Shown: positions 20,677 through 30,588 of the stretch, piece after piece | Layout: each line of letters starts with the position of its first letter | How positions within the stretch are numbered: position 1 is the first letter of the stretch | DNA from: Eubacteriales bacterium | GTDB lineage: Bacteria; Bacillota; Clostridia; Oscillospirales; CAG-382 | Length of the DNA: 64,000 nt | Direction of reading: 5' to 3' | Assembly (NCBI GenBank): GCA_045604705.1 | Contig: JAZUOO010000021.1 | Coordinates: 3,410-67,409 of the forward strand | Program-made: the position numbers and the translations under genes | Notes under the pieces: generated by a model | Seen by the model: the letters and a program-made list of their open reading frames with translations, nothing else | Told to the model about the DNA's origin: nothing | The model's database searches: none

Positions 20677-21036
20677 AGTATAAAGCGGATAATTATAATA
20701 TGGTAAGCCTGTATTAGCTTAAAGTACGCATGGGATGCATACCGCCTCCCGGTCACTGTGGATGTGTAGCTCTGCGGTGACTTTTTCCTTTATCCTTGAT
20801 GCTTTGATTGAAAATGTACAGTCTCGCGATATTTACATACGTGAGCTTATGACAAAGCTATAGGCTACGAGTTTTAAGCAAACGTGTTTTTTCAGATCCT
20901 CCATGGGTTTTTTCAAAATTCAGCTTGTGTCTGTATTGCCGAACGTCAGTAAGAAGTCCCTCGATTCCCACTTTCAAAAGCTTTAGACAGCCAAATACCA
21001 TGTGGCAACTTTCCAAGAATTGTTACAAAATCAAGC

Positions 21037-21065
21037 TTGAAAATTCGTAAAATGTGTTATATAAT
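21037..21065 (+). promoter_or_regulatory. Candidate greA promoter
   Basis: TTGAAA (21037-21042), 17-nt spacer, TATAAT (21060-21065). Confidence 0.55.
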
Positions 21066-21107
21066 GTAAATTGATTTATTATGTTTAATTACAGGAGGAA
21101 TTTCCTT

Positions 21108-21581
21108 ATGCAGAAGAAACAGGTATATGTATCCGCAGAGGGTCTTAAGAAATTACAGGAAAGACTCGAATATTTAAAAACTACAGGTCGTAAAGAAGCT
21201 GCAGAAGAAATCAAAAAAGCAAGAGCCTTCGGCGACCTTTCGGAAAACAGTGAATACGACGAAGCGAAAAATCATCAGGGCCTTCTCGAAAAGGAAATTG
21301 CAGAGCTTGAAGAACAGCTTTCCAACGCAGTTGTGATAGAAGAGACAGCCTCTACCGATACCGTAACAATAGGTTCAAAGGTTAAGGTATACGACTACGA
21401 ATTTGAAGAAGAGGTTGAATACAGCATCGTAGGTTCTACGGAATCCGATCCGCTTCAGTTCAAAATCTCCGATGAATCTCCCATAGGTAAGGCTCTTCTC
21501 GGAAAGAGAGTCGGCGACGAGTTCTTTGTTGAAACTCCCGGCGGAGATGTTAAGGTTAAGATTATAAATATTTCCAAATAA
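21108..21581 (+). CDS. greA: Transcription elongation factor GreA
   Basis: [13 protein letters not shown] coiled-coil motif plus the C-terminal globular domain. Start MQKKQ lies behind AGGAGG. Confidence 0.95.
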   Translation: MQKKQVYVSAEGLKKLQERLEYLKTTGRKEAAEEIKKARAFGDLSENSEYDEAKNHQGLLEKEIAELEEQLSNAVVIEETASTDTVTIGSKVKVYDYEFEEEVEYSIVGSTESDPLQFKISDESPIGKALLGKRVGDEFFVETPGGDVKVKIINISK

Positions 21582-21603
21582 GTGGAAGAAAGTGCGGATT
21601 GAA

Positions 21604-21638
21604 ATGCGGAATGCATAATGCATAATGCGTAATGCATA
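21604..21638. repeat. Five tandem heptamers ATGC(A/G)(T/G)A
   Basis: ATGCGGA ATGCATA ATGCATA ATGCGTA ATGCATA, read directly, immediately after the greA stop. Confidence 0.85.
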
Positions 21639-21908
21639 ATCGAGGTTGGTTTCTTCGAAACCTTCATTAAAATTTAAAATAGTAAATACGCACATATAAT
21701 CCCTGCGATGCGACCGTGGGTTGGGAGCATTGCACGGAACCAAGTAACAAATTTGAAGTCCCAAAAAAGAGGCACAGCAATACCGTTACGCCTGTAGCTC
21801 CCAAAGCTACCCCCGGAGCCGGAGCGTAGCGAGGGCGGAGCATATTAAAGTTCTTTGCGGAGCTTTCTTTCAAGAAAGCGACATCCCCCGTAAGAAAGGA
21901 AAATTAAA

Positions 21909-23861
21909 ATGAGTGAACAGATAAACAACAATGCACCGGAAGAGAAGGTGCTGACGGAAAAGGAGCTCAGCCAGCAGATGCAGGTGCGCCGTGAGAAGCT
22001 TGCGGCACTTCAGGCGGCAGGCAATGACCCCTTTGAAATAGTAAAGTATCCTCAGGATACACATACGGATGAGATTATCAATAACTTTGATGAGATGGAA
22101 GGCAAGACTGTTTGTATTGCGGGTCGTCTTATGGCGAAGCGTGTTATGGGTAAGGCTTCCTTTATCAACGTGCAGGACAGAAACGGCAACATCCAGTGCT
22201 ACGTCTGCAGAGACGATCTTGGTGAAGAACCCTATGCAGGCTTTAAGAAGTTTGATATAGGTGACATCGTTGGCGTTAAGGGCGTAGTTTTCAGAACAAA
22301 AATGGGCGAAAAGTCCGTACATGCATCCGAGTGCGTGCTGCTTTCAAAGAGCCTTAGAGTTCTTCCCGAAAAGTACCACGGACTTAAGGATACGGAAATC
22401 AGATACAGACAGAGATATACAGACCTTATAGTAAACCCCGAGGTTAAGGACGTATTTGAAAAGCGCTCAAAGATAATCAAAGAGGTGAGAAACTTCCTTG
22501 ATACAAAGGGCTTTATGGAGGTTGAAACTCCCGTACTTCAGACAATTGCGGGCGGTGCATCTGCAAGACCTTTTATAACTCACCACAACGCTCTCGACAT
22601 TGATATGTACATGAGAATAGCTCTTGAGCTTCCTCTAAAGCGTCTTATCGTGGGCGGCTTTGAAAGAGTATACGAAATCTCCAGAGTGTTCAGAAACGAG
22701 GGTATTGATGTCCGTCACAACCCCGAATTTACTCTTATGGAGCTTTATCAGGCATATACGGACTACCACGGAATGATGGACATCACCGAAGAAATGTTCA
22801 GACACGTCTGCATGGCGGTAAACGGCACAACAACCATTACTTACGGCGGTCATGAGCTTGATCTGGGAAAGCCTTTTGCAAGAATCCCCATGGTTGAAGC
22901 TGTAAAGCAGTTCTCAGGCGTTGACTTTGATACTCTTAACACCCTTGAAGAAGTAAGAGCAGCTGCCGTGGAAAAGCACGTTGAATACGAGGAACACCAC
23001 CTTAAGGGCGACATTCTCAATTTGTTCTTCGACGAATTTGTTGAAAAGAACCTTATTCAGCCTACATTTATTATAGACTATCCCGTTGAGATTTCTCCCC
23101 TCACAAAGAGAAAGCCCGACAAGCCCGAATATACCGAGCGTTTCGAGCTGTTCATCGTGGGCAGAGAATACGGTAACGCATACTCCGAGCTTAACGACCC
23201 GATTGATCAAAGACAGAGATTTGAACGTCAGGCAGAGCTTCGTGCTGCAGGCGATGAGGAAGCAAACCTCATTGATGAAGACTTTATGTGCGCTCTGGAA
23301 TACGGTATGCCCCCCACAGGCGGTCTGGGCGTAGGTATCGACAGAATGGTAATGCTCATGACGGGAGCAGAGTCCATCAGAGACGTTATCCTTTTCCCCA
23401 CGATGAAGCCTATCGAAGACGGCAAGAACAACAGACGTGAAAAAAAGGTTGCAGAGGTTGAAATTGAAGCTGTAGAAGAAAAAATAGACTTTTCAAAGGT
23501 AGAAATAGAACCCCTATTTTCTGAATTTGTTGATTTCGAAACTTTCTCAAAGTCCGATTTCAGAGCAGTAAAGGTAAAGGAATGTGAAGCGGTTGAAAAG
23601 AGCAAGAAGCTGCTTAAGTTTACTCTTGATGATGGTACCGGTACAGACAGAATAATCCTTTCCGGTATTCGCGAATACTACGAGCCTGAACAGCTTGTGG
23701 GCAAGACGCTTGTCGCAATCACAAATCTTCCTCCCAGAGCAATGATGGGCATTGAGTCCAACGGTATGCTTCTTTCCGCTATCCACAACGAGGAGGGTGA
23801 GGAAAGACTCAATCTGCTTATGGTAAGCAATCGTATACCTGCAGGAGCGAAACTTTATTAA
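21909..23861 (+). CDS. lysS: Class II lysine--tRNA ligase with a C-terminal Trbp111/EMAP-type tRNA-binding domain
   Basis: Class II motifs (FRNEGID..HNPEFT; [13 protein letters not shown]). About 150 extra C-terminal residues match the tRNA_bind OB fold ([50 protein letters not shown]). Confidence 0.93.
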   Translation: MSEQINNNAPEEKVLTEKELSQQMQVRREKLAALQAAGNDPFEIVKYPQDTHTDEIINNFDEMEGKTVCIAGRLMAKRVMGKASFINVQDRNGNIQCYVCRDDLGEEPYAGFKKFDIGDIVGVKGVVFRTKMGEKSVHASECVLLSKSLRVLPEKYHGLKDTEIRYRQRYTDLIVNPEVKDVFEKRSKIIKEVRNFLDTKGFMEVETPVLQTIAGGASARPFITHHNALDIDMYMRIALELPLKRLIVGGFERVYEISRVFRNEGIDVRHNPEFTLMELYQAYTDYHGMMDITEEMFRHVCMAVNGTTTITYGGHELDLGKPFARIPMVEAVKQFSGVDFDTLNTLEEVRAAAVEKHVEYEEHHLKGDILNLFFDEFVEKNLIQPTFIIDYPVEISPLTKRKPDKPEYTERFELFIVGREYGNAYSELNDPIDQRQRFERQAELRAAGDEEANLIDEDFMCALEYGMPPTGGLGVGIDRMVMLMTGAESIRDVILFPTMKPIEDGKNNRREKKVAEVEIEAVEEKIDFSKVEIEPLFSEFVDFETFSKSDFRAVKVKECEAVEKSKKLLKFTLDDGTGTDRIILSGIREYYEPEQLVGKTLVAITNLPPRAMMGIESNGMLLSAIHNEEGEERLNLLMVSNRIPAGAKLY

Positions 23862-23933
23862 AATTAAGTATTTGTATTGATTTGTTTTTTGGGATATTTG
23901 CTTTATAATAGATAATAAGAGTTGTAATGAATT

Positions 23934-23966
23934 AAGACGTTTTCCGTATAAGGAAACGTCTTTTTT
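23934..23966 (+). terminator. Rho-independent terminator after lysS
   Basis: AAGACGTTTTCC / GGAAACGTCTT stem (one bulge) followed by TTTTTT. Confidence 0.75.
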
Positions 23967-24121
23967 GATATTATCAGTTTTTCGTTGTATTTCAGGAATT
24001 TGACATTTAGCTATTGACGGTTTTATTACGGTTGAGAAAACTATTATCAACCGTCGAATTTTAATGGGAATTGAAATTTAGACTGATTTTCTCTGTGATA
24101 GTATAAGTATAAGGTTTTATA

Positions 24122-24164
24122 AATACAGAAAGATACCACCTTGCCCGTGAGAGAGGTGGTATCT
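24122..24164 (-). terminator. Rho-independent terminator after the giant surface-protein gene
   Basis: 11-bp stem AGATACCACCT / AGGTGGTATCT. On the minus strand it is followed by a T-rich run. Confidence 0.6.
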
Positions 24165-24244
24165 TAAACATTTGCTGTTTACTTATCAGCTTTGTTGAAT
24201 CATTAGAATATCAAAGCTTTGTTTGTCCTGTGAAAATATACTGT

Positions 24245-27200
24245 TTACGGTTCGTACTTTGTCCAGTCGGTAACTTCGCTAAGATTAATCCACTTTTCGT
24301 AAATATTGTTCTTCATTTCGAATTCATGGCTGTTTGTTGCTTCCTGAACAGCGATATAATACCATGCTGACTCATCACTGTTATCGGACCATTTTATCAT
24401 ATCATCATGTAAATCATCGATAGTTTCAGGAACACGGTTGAGTACTCTGTTAATCATAGTCATTGCTTCTGCACGGGTAATGAACTGGTCAGGTCTGAAG
24501 GTTTTGTCTTCATAACCTCTTATCCAACCATGTGCCGCCGCTTCATGAATTTCAGCTTCAGCCCAGTGACCTTCAACATCTGTAAAGTTGTCAACAACTT
24601 CAAATTCCGAATCGTCAAATCTTGCACAGAATGAAGCAAACTCAGCACGGGTGATATATTCATTCGGCATAAATTCGGTTTCGGTTCTGCCGAAAACTAT
24701 TCCCATCTTTGTAAGTGTGGAAACCGAAGTTCTGTACCATGCGTCCTCTTCAATGTCATCGTATGGATTTTCGCTTGCAAGATTTTCATTACGAACATCT
24801 TCCTTGAGAAGTCTGAACAGGATTGCTGTCACCTCTGCACGTGTAATATGCTCAAGCGGTCTTACCGTGTCATCGGGATAGCCTATTATGTACGCAAAGT
24901 GATGCTCGCCGTCAAGTGCATCCGGAGTATCGTGACCGCTACCTGCACCGCCATTGTCCTCAACCCATGCTGCGTAAACGGTAATGTTTTTGTTCATTTT
25001 TACTTCGTCTACATCTTCGGTAAGTGATTCATCAAGATGCCAACCATCAAACACATAACCATCTTTTACGGGAACCTTTGTAAGCTTAACGGTCGTACCT
25101 GAGGTATACGCTTCCATAGCTATTTTATTTCCGCCGTTTGTTTCGTAGGTGAGAGTGTATCTTGTGGTAATACCACCGCCACCGCCGCCACCGTTTCGTG
25201 TCCACTGTGCAACGAAGTTGATATTTCTGTCAACCGTTACGGTATCGTCGGGATTAAATGTATTTTCGCCCTCTTTCCAGCCATTAAAGGTATAGCCGCT
25301 GCGTGTGGGTTTTGCCTTTACTGTAATTTCGGCACCTGCGGGAACTGTAATTGTGCTGTAATCCACACCCTCGGCACCCGTACCGCCGTTAAGGTCATAG
25401 CTTACCGCATACTGTGCAATAAATCTTCCCAGGAATGAAACATCGTGGTTGGGCATTGTAAACTTGTTGTTTACAACATTCGCTGTACGTGTGTACCAGC
25501 CATCAAAGAAGTATCCTTCAAGCTCAAGCTTTTCTTTAACTTCAATATTCTCTGTGCCGTAGCGTACATTTTCTATGGTCAATTCGGACAAATCAGGAGC
25601 ATTTTCAGGCTGTTCGCCGTAGTATATGTACTCTACATTGTATACGTTTCTGTCGTAATAAATATTAAGAACAAGGTTTCCTTCTTCAGTGTCAGGGTCA
25701 ACAGTAACGTGTCCGTAGCTGTTGCTTTCCTGGCTGTTAACGTGGAAGCCCGTATACGGAACAGTTTCCGCTTCAACGTGCTGTCCTACAAGTGCTTCCT
25801 TTGTGTATGAAGAGTCAGAGTCAAGTGTGTAATCATTCTCATCAAAGGCATCTCCTGCATCTACGTTCTGCAACCAGTAGTTAACTGTGTAGTCCACAAG
25901 ATTGGAACTAAATTTACCCTTTAATACAACATCTTTGTCCGGCATTGTAAATTCGCCGTCAACAATCTCTGCATCAGAGGTGTTCCAGCCGTCAAAGGTA
26001 TAACCGGGAACAGAAGGAGCATCGGCTACAGTAACTTCCTTGCCGTAATGAACGTTATTTTCCTGCTCGGGAAGCTGCTCGTCTGCACCTGCGGGAGTAG
26101 TTCCTTCATATTCGTATGTTATCTTGTGGGGATTTCTGTCATAGAAAAATTCGATAACCAGTGAGCCGTCAGGAAGAATTTCTTCCGTCTTCGAGCTAAC
26201 AACAACTTCACCTACGGTAGTAACGTTTTTGAAGCCGGGAATGGTAAGTGCGTATACCGTAATGTCCTCGTCTGTTGTACCTGTACGCTTTGCCTCGCTG
26301 TAAATCTCATATCCGTTGAGATCTTTCTTTTGCGTCATATGGCGGATTATATAAGGTGTATTTGTTTTCGCATCAAATGTTCCTCTAAGGCGTACATTGT
26401 GCATCGGCATAGTAAACTCATTGCCTACTATTGTTACGACATCCTCATCGCTTTCCTGAGCAACAGAAGTCCAGCCTACAAACACATAGCCTTCGGGAGC
26501 ATCAAGTACGTCAAGAAGCTCTACTTTTTCCCCGTGACGGTATGGTGACTCGGCATCTTGAGGTGCAGTAACACCATCGGGAACAAAACCGTCTACAAAA
26601 TATGTTACATTGTACTCGGTTCTCTTGTAGTAAAGTTTAAGCACCAACAAATTATTTACATCAACAATACCTTCTTCGGGATTTGCGTAATCAAATGTGT
26701 ATCCCGGGAAGTTTCTCTTAGCTGCCGTAATTTTTTCGCCGGTTATACCTGTGTGGTAATTTATATTCTCAGTGCTGTCTGGATATGTGCCGTCAGCATT
26801 CTGGAGATAATGATGAACCTCATACTTTGTGTCGCTTCTCGGATTGAAGTTGCCTTCAAACACAACATCGTGTGCAGGCATTTCAAAGGTTCCGCTTGAG
26901 GGAATTCCGCTTGTTTGCGGATACCAGCCGTCAAAGGAATATCCATCAAGCTCCGGTTTTTCCGCAACATCAATATCCTCTGTGCCGTAACGTACATTTT
27001 CCCTGGTCAATTGGGACAAATCAGGAGCATTTTCAGGCTGTTCTGCCGGTTCATATCTGTATATTACTTTGTATTCTTTTCTCTTATAGAAGAATCTAAG
27101 CTCTGTTTTACCGTTTTCATTGATTTCTGATGTTGCTGAGTATTTTTCGTGACCCGTATCAAGCTCAAAACCGACAATTTCCTTGATAGGCTCTGCAATT

Positions 27201-30200
27201 GCGTTGTCTCCGGCAGTTCCTGTGTGATTGAATGTATAGTCAGGAGCATCGGATTCAGGATCTTCGGAATAAGAATAAGTGCCGTCGAGCTTCTGGAAAT
27301 AGTGTTTTTCTACCCATGCAACACCTTCAATACGTTCAAAGTTGCCGTAAAGTGTAACATCTCTTGCGGGCATGGTAAAGCTTTCCGTATCGTTGCCAAC
27401 GGTATATCCGGTTGAATGCCATCCGGCAAAATTGAAATGATCAAGTGTAAGATCGTCTTTAACCTCAACCTCTTCACCGAATTTATAGGTTTCAGGTTCC
27501 CAATTGGATATATCAGGAGCACCCCCAGGCTGAGTGGGATTTTCATAAGCATAGGTTAATTTATATGAATTTCTTTTGTAGTAACGCTTAAGAACGAGAG
27601 AACCGTTACCTGCGATTTTGCCGCTTAATACGTTATATTCGTTGCTTTCGTCAAAGTAGAAGCCTTCAAATTCCTTTTCGTTGGCGTATACGGTTGTACC
27701 CGTTGTACCTGTATTAGAATAGTTTACAGTATTATCGGCAAGAACAAACTCGTTATCTGTTAAGGTTTCAAGATAATACTCAACAGAGTACGAGGTATCG
27801 ACATTTGCTGTAAATTCACCGATAAACGCAACGTCGTTGTCCGGCATACTGAAGGTTTCGAGTGCTGTAGCATCTGTACTTAACGATTCCCATCCAAGGA
27901 ATTTATAACCTTCTTCATCAGCATTTTCTGCAACGGTTACAACTTCTTCAAACTTATGTTTTTTGGTTGCGGGAGGATCAATCTCTTCGGAGTAATCCGG
28001 CTTTGTGGGAACATCGCCCGTAAAGTCGTATGTTACTTCATACTCGTTGCGGTCATAATAAAGTATGAGTTCGAGATCATTTTCTGTAGTTACGGTTCCT
28101 TCCGTAACGTTAGCTGCTGTTTCATCGTAAGTAAAGCCGTGATAATACTTAGGAAGTGCTACTGCTTTACTGCCGGCAAATGCGGTTTTGTCATCAGTTT
28201 CTCTTGTCTCATATACTCCGTCTTCCATTGTTTCCGTTTTATGGATAACTTTATAGGAGCTGGTAATGGGAGTAAATGAACCTATTAATCTTACAGGACT
28301 ATCGGGCATCTTGAATTCGCCGTTTGTAACAACAACCGACTGATTATCCGGCTTCCATCCGCTGAAGGTATAGTTTTCTGCAGTTGCATCGGGAGCGATA
28401 GTTACAGTTGAACCGTAAGGTACTTCAGCATTTGCAGGATTTCCGTTGTATTCTGTGCCTGAAAGATCTGTTGCATCAGCGGGTGTTGTACCGCTGTATA
28501 CATATTCAACCGGATATTTGTTGACGGTAAATACCCCTATAATTTCAACATCTTCGTTGGGCATTTCAAATTCATCGCCGGGTTTAACATCTTCGCCGTC
28601 AATTGTCCAGCCACTGAATTCGTAGCCTTCCTTTGTGGGCTCTGCGTCAATTGTGAAATCCGAACCTGTGAAACGCTTGTATGTTTTGTACTCATTTTCG
28701 TCAACTATGTAGGTAATCTGACGAGTTTCAAGCTCAGGAGTGGTTACCTCAGCTGCAGGAATTTCCTCGCTGTTTACAAGAGATGCAAAACCGCTATTGG
28801 TGGGAAGAATACCGTCGCCCAGTGTTACGGATGCTGCATCAATAACATCGTAATCGGGAATTACTTTAAAGGAAACCACAAGCTGTTTGCCGTAGAAGTC
28901 ATTATTTTCACCTCTGCCGGTTTCGGATATAAAGTTTTCATCAAAATTAAAGCCGTTAACGGTAAGTCTGTCGCCCGATTCGGAAATCTCATAGTCAAGG
29001 TTTTCGTCTTCTTCAAGCTCCTCCGACCAGCCGTTTTGGGTTTTCGCTCTCGTACGGAGTGTAATCTCGGTAGCATTGCCGTTTTCAAAATCAAAATAGG
29101 GCGAAATGGTATCAACCATTGTAGCCTCTTCACCCATGGTAATGGTCGGGTGGTCAATCTCCTGGATAATGGATTCAAAAATCATCAAAAGTGATGTTGT
29201 GCTGTCAGGAGTCAGATAATAACCGTTGTTGATGCTACCGTTTTCGCCGGGGGTAGTCATATTTTTAGCATTCGGGTAGTTTGATGACACATAATGCATA
29301 AACTTGTTGATATTTTCATCTATATCGGTTGCATCGGCATTAGTATCTATACAAACGCTGTAAATGGTAACATCTGCGGCACTCTTCATATTACCGGCAA
29401 CGGTAATTGCGTTGTTTGCGACAGAATCCTGGAAACCGTTGTTGTATGTCGGCGAACCGTCTGAAAATACAATAACAACCTCTTTGCGGTCAACCGCACC
29501 CTCATCGTTTACTGCACTGCGGTTCATAAGAACTGCCTGTGCAAGATTCAAACCGTAGTCAACCGCTGTAGCACCATTAGGACTGATTGCATCTACAGCC
29601 GCTTTAAGCTCGGCAGTACCATCCGAATCAACGGGGGTAAGATTTTTTACAACCTGTGAATATCCACGGTTGTTGCCCTCGGTAACCGTGGGCACTGTGC
29701 TGTTATAATAGTTTTCATTGGCAAACTTAACGATAGAAATGGTGTGCATCTGGTCCACTTCAAGACCCTGGTTCATCTGTGCGGTAGCGTCAATAAAGGT
29801 TTTAACCGCATCCTGAAGTGATTTCATTTTCTTGATAGTCTGACTGTCGACAGTTGCCGAATAGAACTGTACAACACTGTAAGAAGAATACTGGCGGTCA
29901 GTCGAAATATCACCGGATAATACGGGGTATATAATTACTTCTGAATTACCCACCGAATATTCGTACATCTCAAAACCGTTTGTATCACGACCTGTGTATG
30001 AAACACGGGTATATACAGGCTCTTGTTCGGTACCTGTGTTTATGTAGTATGTGGAGGAGGTGTTTTCCAAGCCATAAGCTGTGTGTTCTTCTTCCCAGAA
30101 CCACCAACCGGTAGTATATGTATACTCAGAGCCTGTTGCTTCATTGTATCCGGTTATTCTGGTTGTTGTGTAATTATCGTCCATAGAACCGGAAGCATCA

Positions 30201-30478
30201 AGCACAAGCACAATATCGGTAGGTTCTACAGAGCTCATCTGTCTTACCACACCTGTTGTATGTGCCGTAAGTGTAATGTCAATTGTTCCGTCGGAATTTG
30301 CTGTGGAGGTCTTGGTATAGATTATACCGCCCGCCTGATTTGTGTTTTCCTTTGTATCACTCTGCACAACCGTTGTTTCTTCCTGTGCCGTAGCAGAGAA
30401 AGTGATACCAGGAACAAGTGTCACTAACATAGAAAACGTTAATGTGCAGGCTAATAATTTCTTTACTCTTTTTTCCAT
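24245..30478 (-). CDS. Giant S-layer-anchored surface adhesin (VWA head, Flg_new/MucBP-like repeat stalk, 3 SLH domains)
   Basis: Signal peptide. VWA MIDAS motif DIVLVLDASGSMDD. About ten Listeria-Bacteroides-type repeats (Y.F.GW....F.MP..DV...G.F) alternating with Y.V.Y-type beta modules. A Gly7 linker. Three C-terminal SLH repeats (ITRAEVTAILFRLL; ITRAEFASFCARF; ITRAEAMTMINRVL). Confidence 0.85.
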   Translation of the reverse strand: MEKRVKKLLACTLTFSMLVTLVPGITFSATAQEETTVVQSDTKENTNQAGGIIYTKTSTANSDGTIDITLTAHTTGVVRQMSSVEPTDIVLVLDASGSMDDNYTTTRITGYNEATGSEYTYTTGWWFWEEEHTAYGLENTSSTYYINTGTEQEPVYTRVSYTGRDTNGFEMYEYSVGNSEVIIYPVLSGDISTDRQYSSYSVVQFYSATVDSQTIKKMKSLQDAVKTFIDATAQMNQGLEVDQMHTISIVKFANENYYNSTVPTVTEGNNRGYSQVVKNLTPVDSDGTAELKAAVDAISPNGATAVDYGLNLAQAVLMNRSAVNDEGAVDRKEVVIVFSDGSPTYNNGFQDSVANNAITVAGNMKSAADVTIYSVCIDTNADATDIDENINKFMHYVSSNYPNAKNMTTPGENGSINNGYYLTPDSTTSLLMIFESIIQEIDHPTITMGEEATMVDTISPYFDFENGNATEITLRTRAKTQNGWSEELEEDENLDYEISESGDRLTVNGFNFDENFISETGRGENNDFYGKQLVVSFKVIPDYDVIDAASVTLGDGILPTNSGFASLVNSEEIPAAEVTTPELETRQITYIVDENEYKTYKRFTGSDFTIDAEPTKEGYEFSGWTIDGEDVKPGDEFEMPNEDVEIIGVFTVNKYPVEYVYSGTTPADATDLSGTEYNGNPANAEVPYGSTVTIAPDATAENYTFSGWKPDNQSVVVTNGEFKMPDSPVRLIGSFTPITSSYKVIHKTETMEDGVYETRETDDKTAFAGSKAVALPKYYHGFTYDETAANVTEGTVTTENDLELILYYDRNEYEVTYDFTGDVPTKPDYSEEIDPPATKKHKFEEVVTVAENADEEGYKFLGWESLSTDATALETFSMPDNDVAFIGEFTANVDTSYSVEYYLETLTDNEFVLADNTVNYSNTGTTGTTVYANEKEFEGFYFDESNEYNVLSGKIAGNGSLVLKRYYKRNSYKLTYAYENPTQPGGAPDISNWEPETYKFGEEVEVKDDLTLDHFNFAGWHSTGYTVGNDTESFTMPARDVTLYGNFERIEGVAWVEKHYFQKLDGTYSYSEDPESDAPDYTFNHTGTAGDNAIAEPIKEIVGFELDTGHEKYSATSEINENGKTELRFFYKRKEYKVIYRYEPAEQPENAPDLSQLTRENVRYGTEDIDVAEKPELDGYSFDGWYPQTSGIPSSGTFEMPAHDVVFEGNFNPRSDTKYEVHHYLQNADGTYPDSTENINYHTGITGEKITAAKRNFPGYTFDYANPEEGIVDVNNLLVLKLYYKRTEYNVTYFVDGFVPDGVTAPQDAESPYRHGEKVELLDVLDAPEGYVFVGWTSVAQESDEDVVTIVGNEFTMPMHNVRLRGTFDAKTNTPYIIRHMTQKKDLNGYEIYSEAKRTGTTDEDITVYALTIPGFKNVTTVGEVVVSSKTEEILPDGSLVIEFFYDRNPHKITYEYEGTTPAGADEQLPEQENNVHYGKEVTVADAPSVPGYTFDGWNTSDAEIVDGEFTMPDKDVVLKGKFSSNLVDYTVNYWLQNVDAGDAFDENDYTLDSDSSYTKEALVGQHVEAETVPYTGFHVNSQESNSYGHVTVDPDTEEGNLVLNIYYDRNVYNVEYIYYGEQPENAPDLSELTIENVRYGTENIEVKEKLELEGYFFDGWYTRTANVVNNKFTMPNHDVSFLGRFIAQYAVSYDLNGGTGAEGVDYSTITVPAGAEITVKAKPTRSGYTFNGWKEGENTFNPDDTVTVDRNINFVAQWTRNGGGGGGGITTRYTLTYETNGGNKIAMEAYTSGTTVKLTKVPVKDGYVFDGWHLDESLTEDVDEVKMNKNITVYAAWVEDNGGAGSGHDTPDALDGEHHFAYIIGYPDDTVRPLEHITRAEVTAILFRLLKEDVRNENLASENPYDDIEEDAWYRTSVSTLTKMGIVFGRTETEFMPNEYITRAEFASFCARFDDSEFEVVDNFTDVEGHWAEAEIHEAAAHGWIRGYEDKTFRPDQFITRAEAMTMINRVLNRVPETIDDLHDDMIKWSDNSDESAWYYIAVQEATNSHEFEMKNNIYEKWINLSEVTDWTKYEP

Positions 30479-30559
30479 AAACTCAATCCTTTCTTGAAAT
30501 AATTTATGTGGTGAATAACGGCAATATGCTATACCATCACTTTCTAAATTGTTTAGTAT

Positions 30560-30588
30560 ATTTTATCATAATTACATCTATTTGTCAA
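30560..30588 (-). promoter_or_regulatory. Candidate promoter of the adhesin gene
   Basis: Minus strand: TTGACA, 17-nt spacer, TAAAAT, about 80 nt upstream of the ATG at 30478. Confidence 0.45.

Noticed and set aside
21604-21638. Heptamer tandem repeat, considered as a CRISPR-like or functional array.
   Set aside because: It has only 5 units of 7 bp with no spacers, which is far too short for CRISPR. I kept it as a simple repeat only.
21660-21908. T-box or lysine (L-box) riboswitch upstream of lysS.
   Set aside because: I could not find the conserved T-box sequence, the specifier/GA-motif layout or the L-box core by eye. An AGAGGCAC string alone is not enough. It is reported only as an unassigned leader.
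25173-25193. CCACCGCCACCGCCGCCACCG run (the Gly7 linker of the adhesin), considered as a slipped-strand phase-variation tract.
   Set aside because: It is a mixed GGT/GGC/GGG codon run, not a homopolymer or perfect short-unit repeat, and any triplet slippage would stay in frame. It is unlikely to act as an on/off switch.
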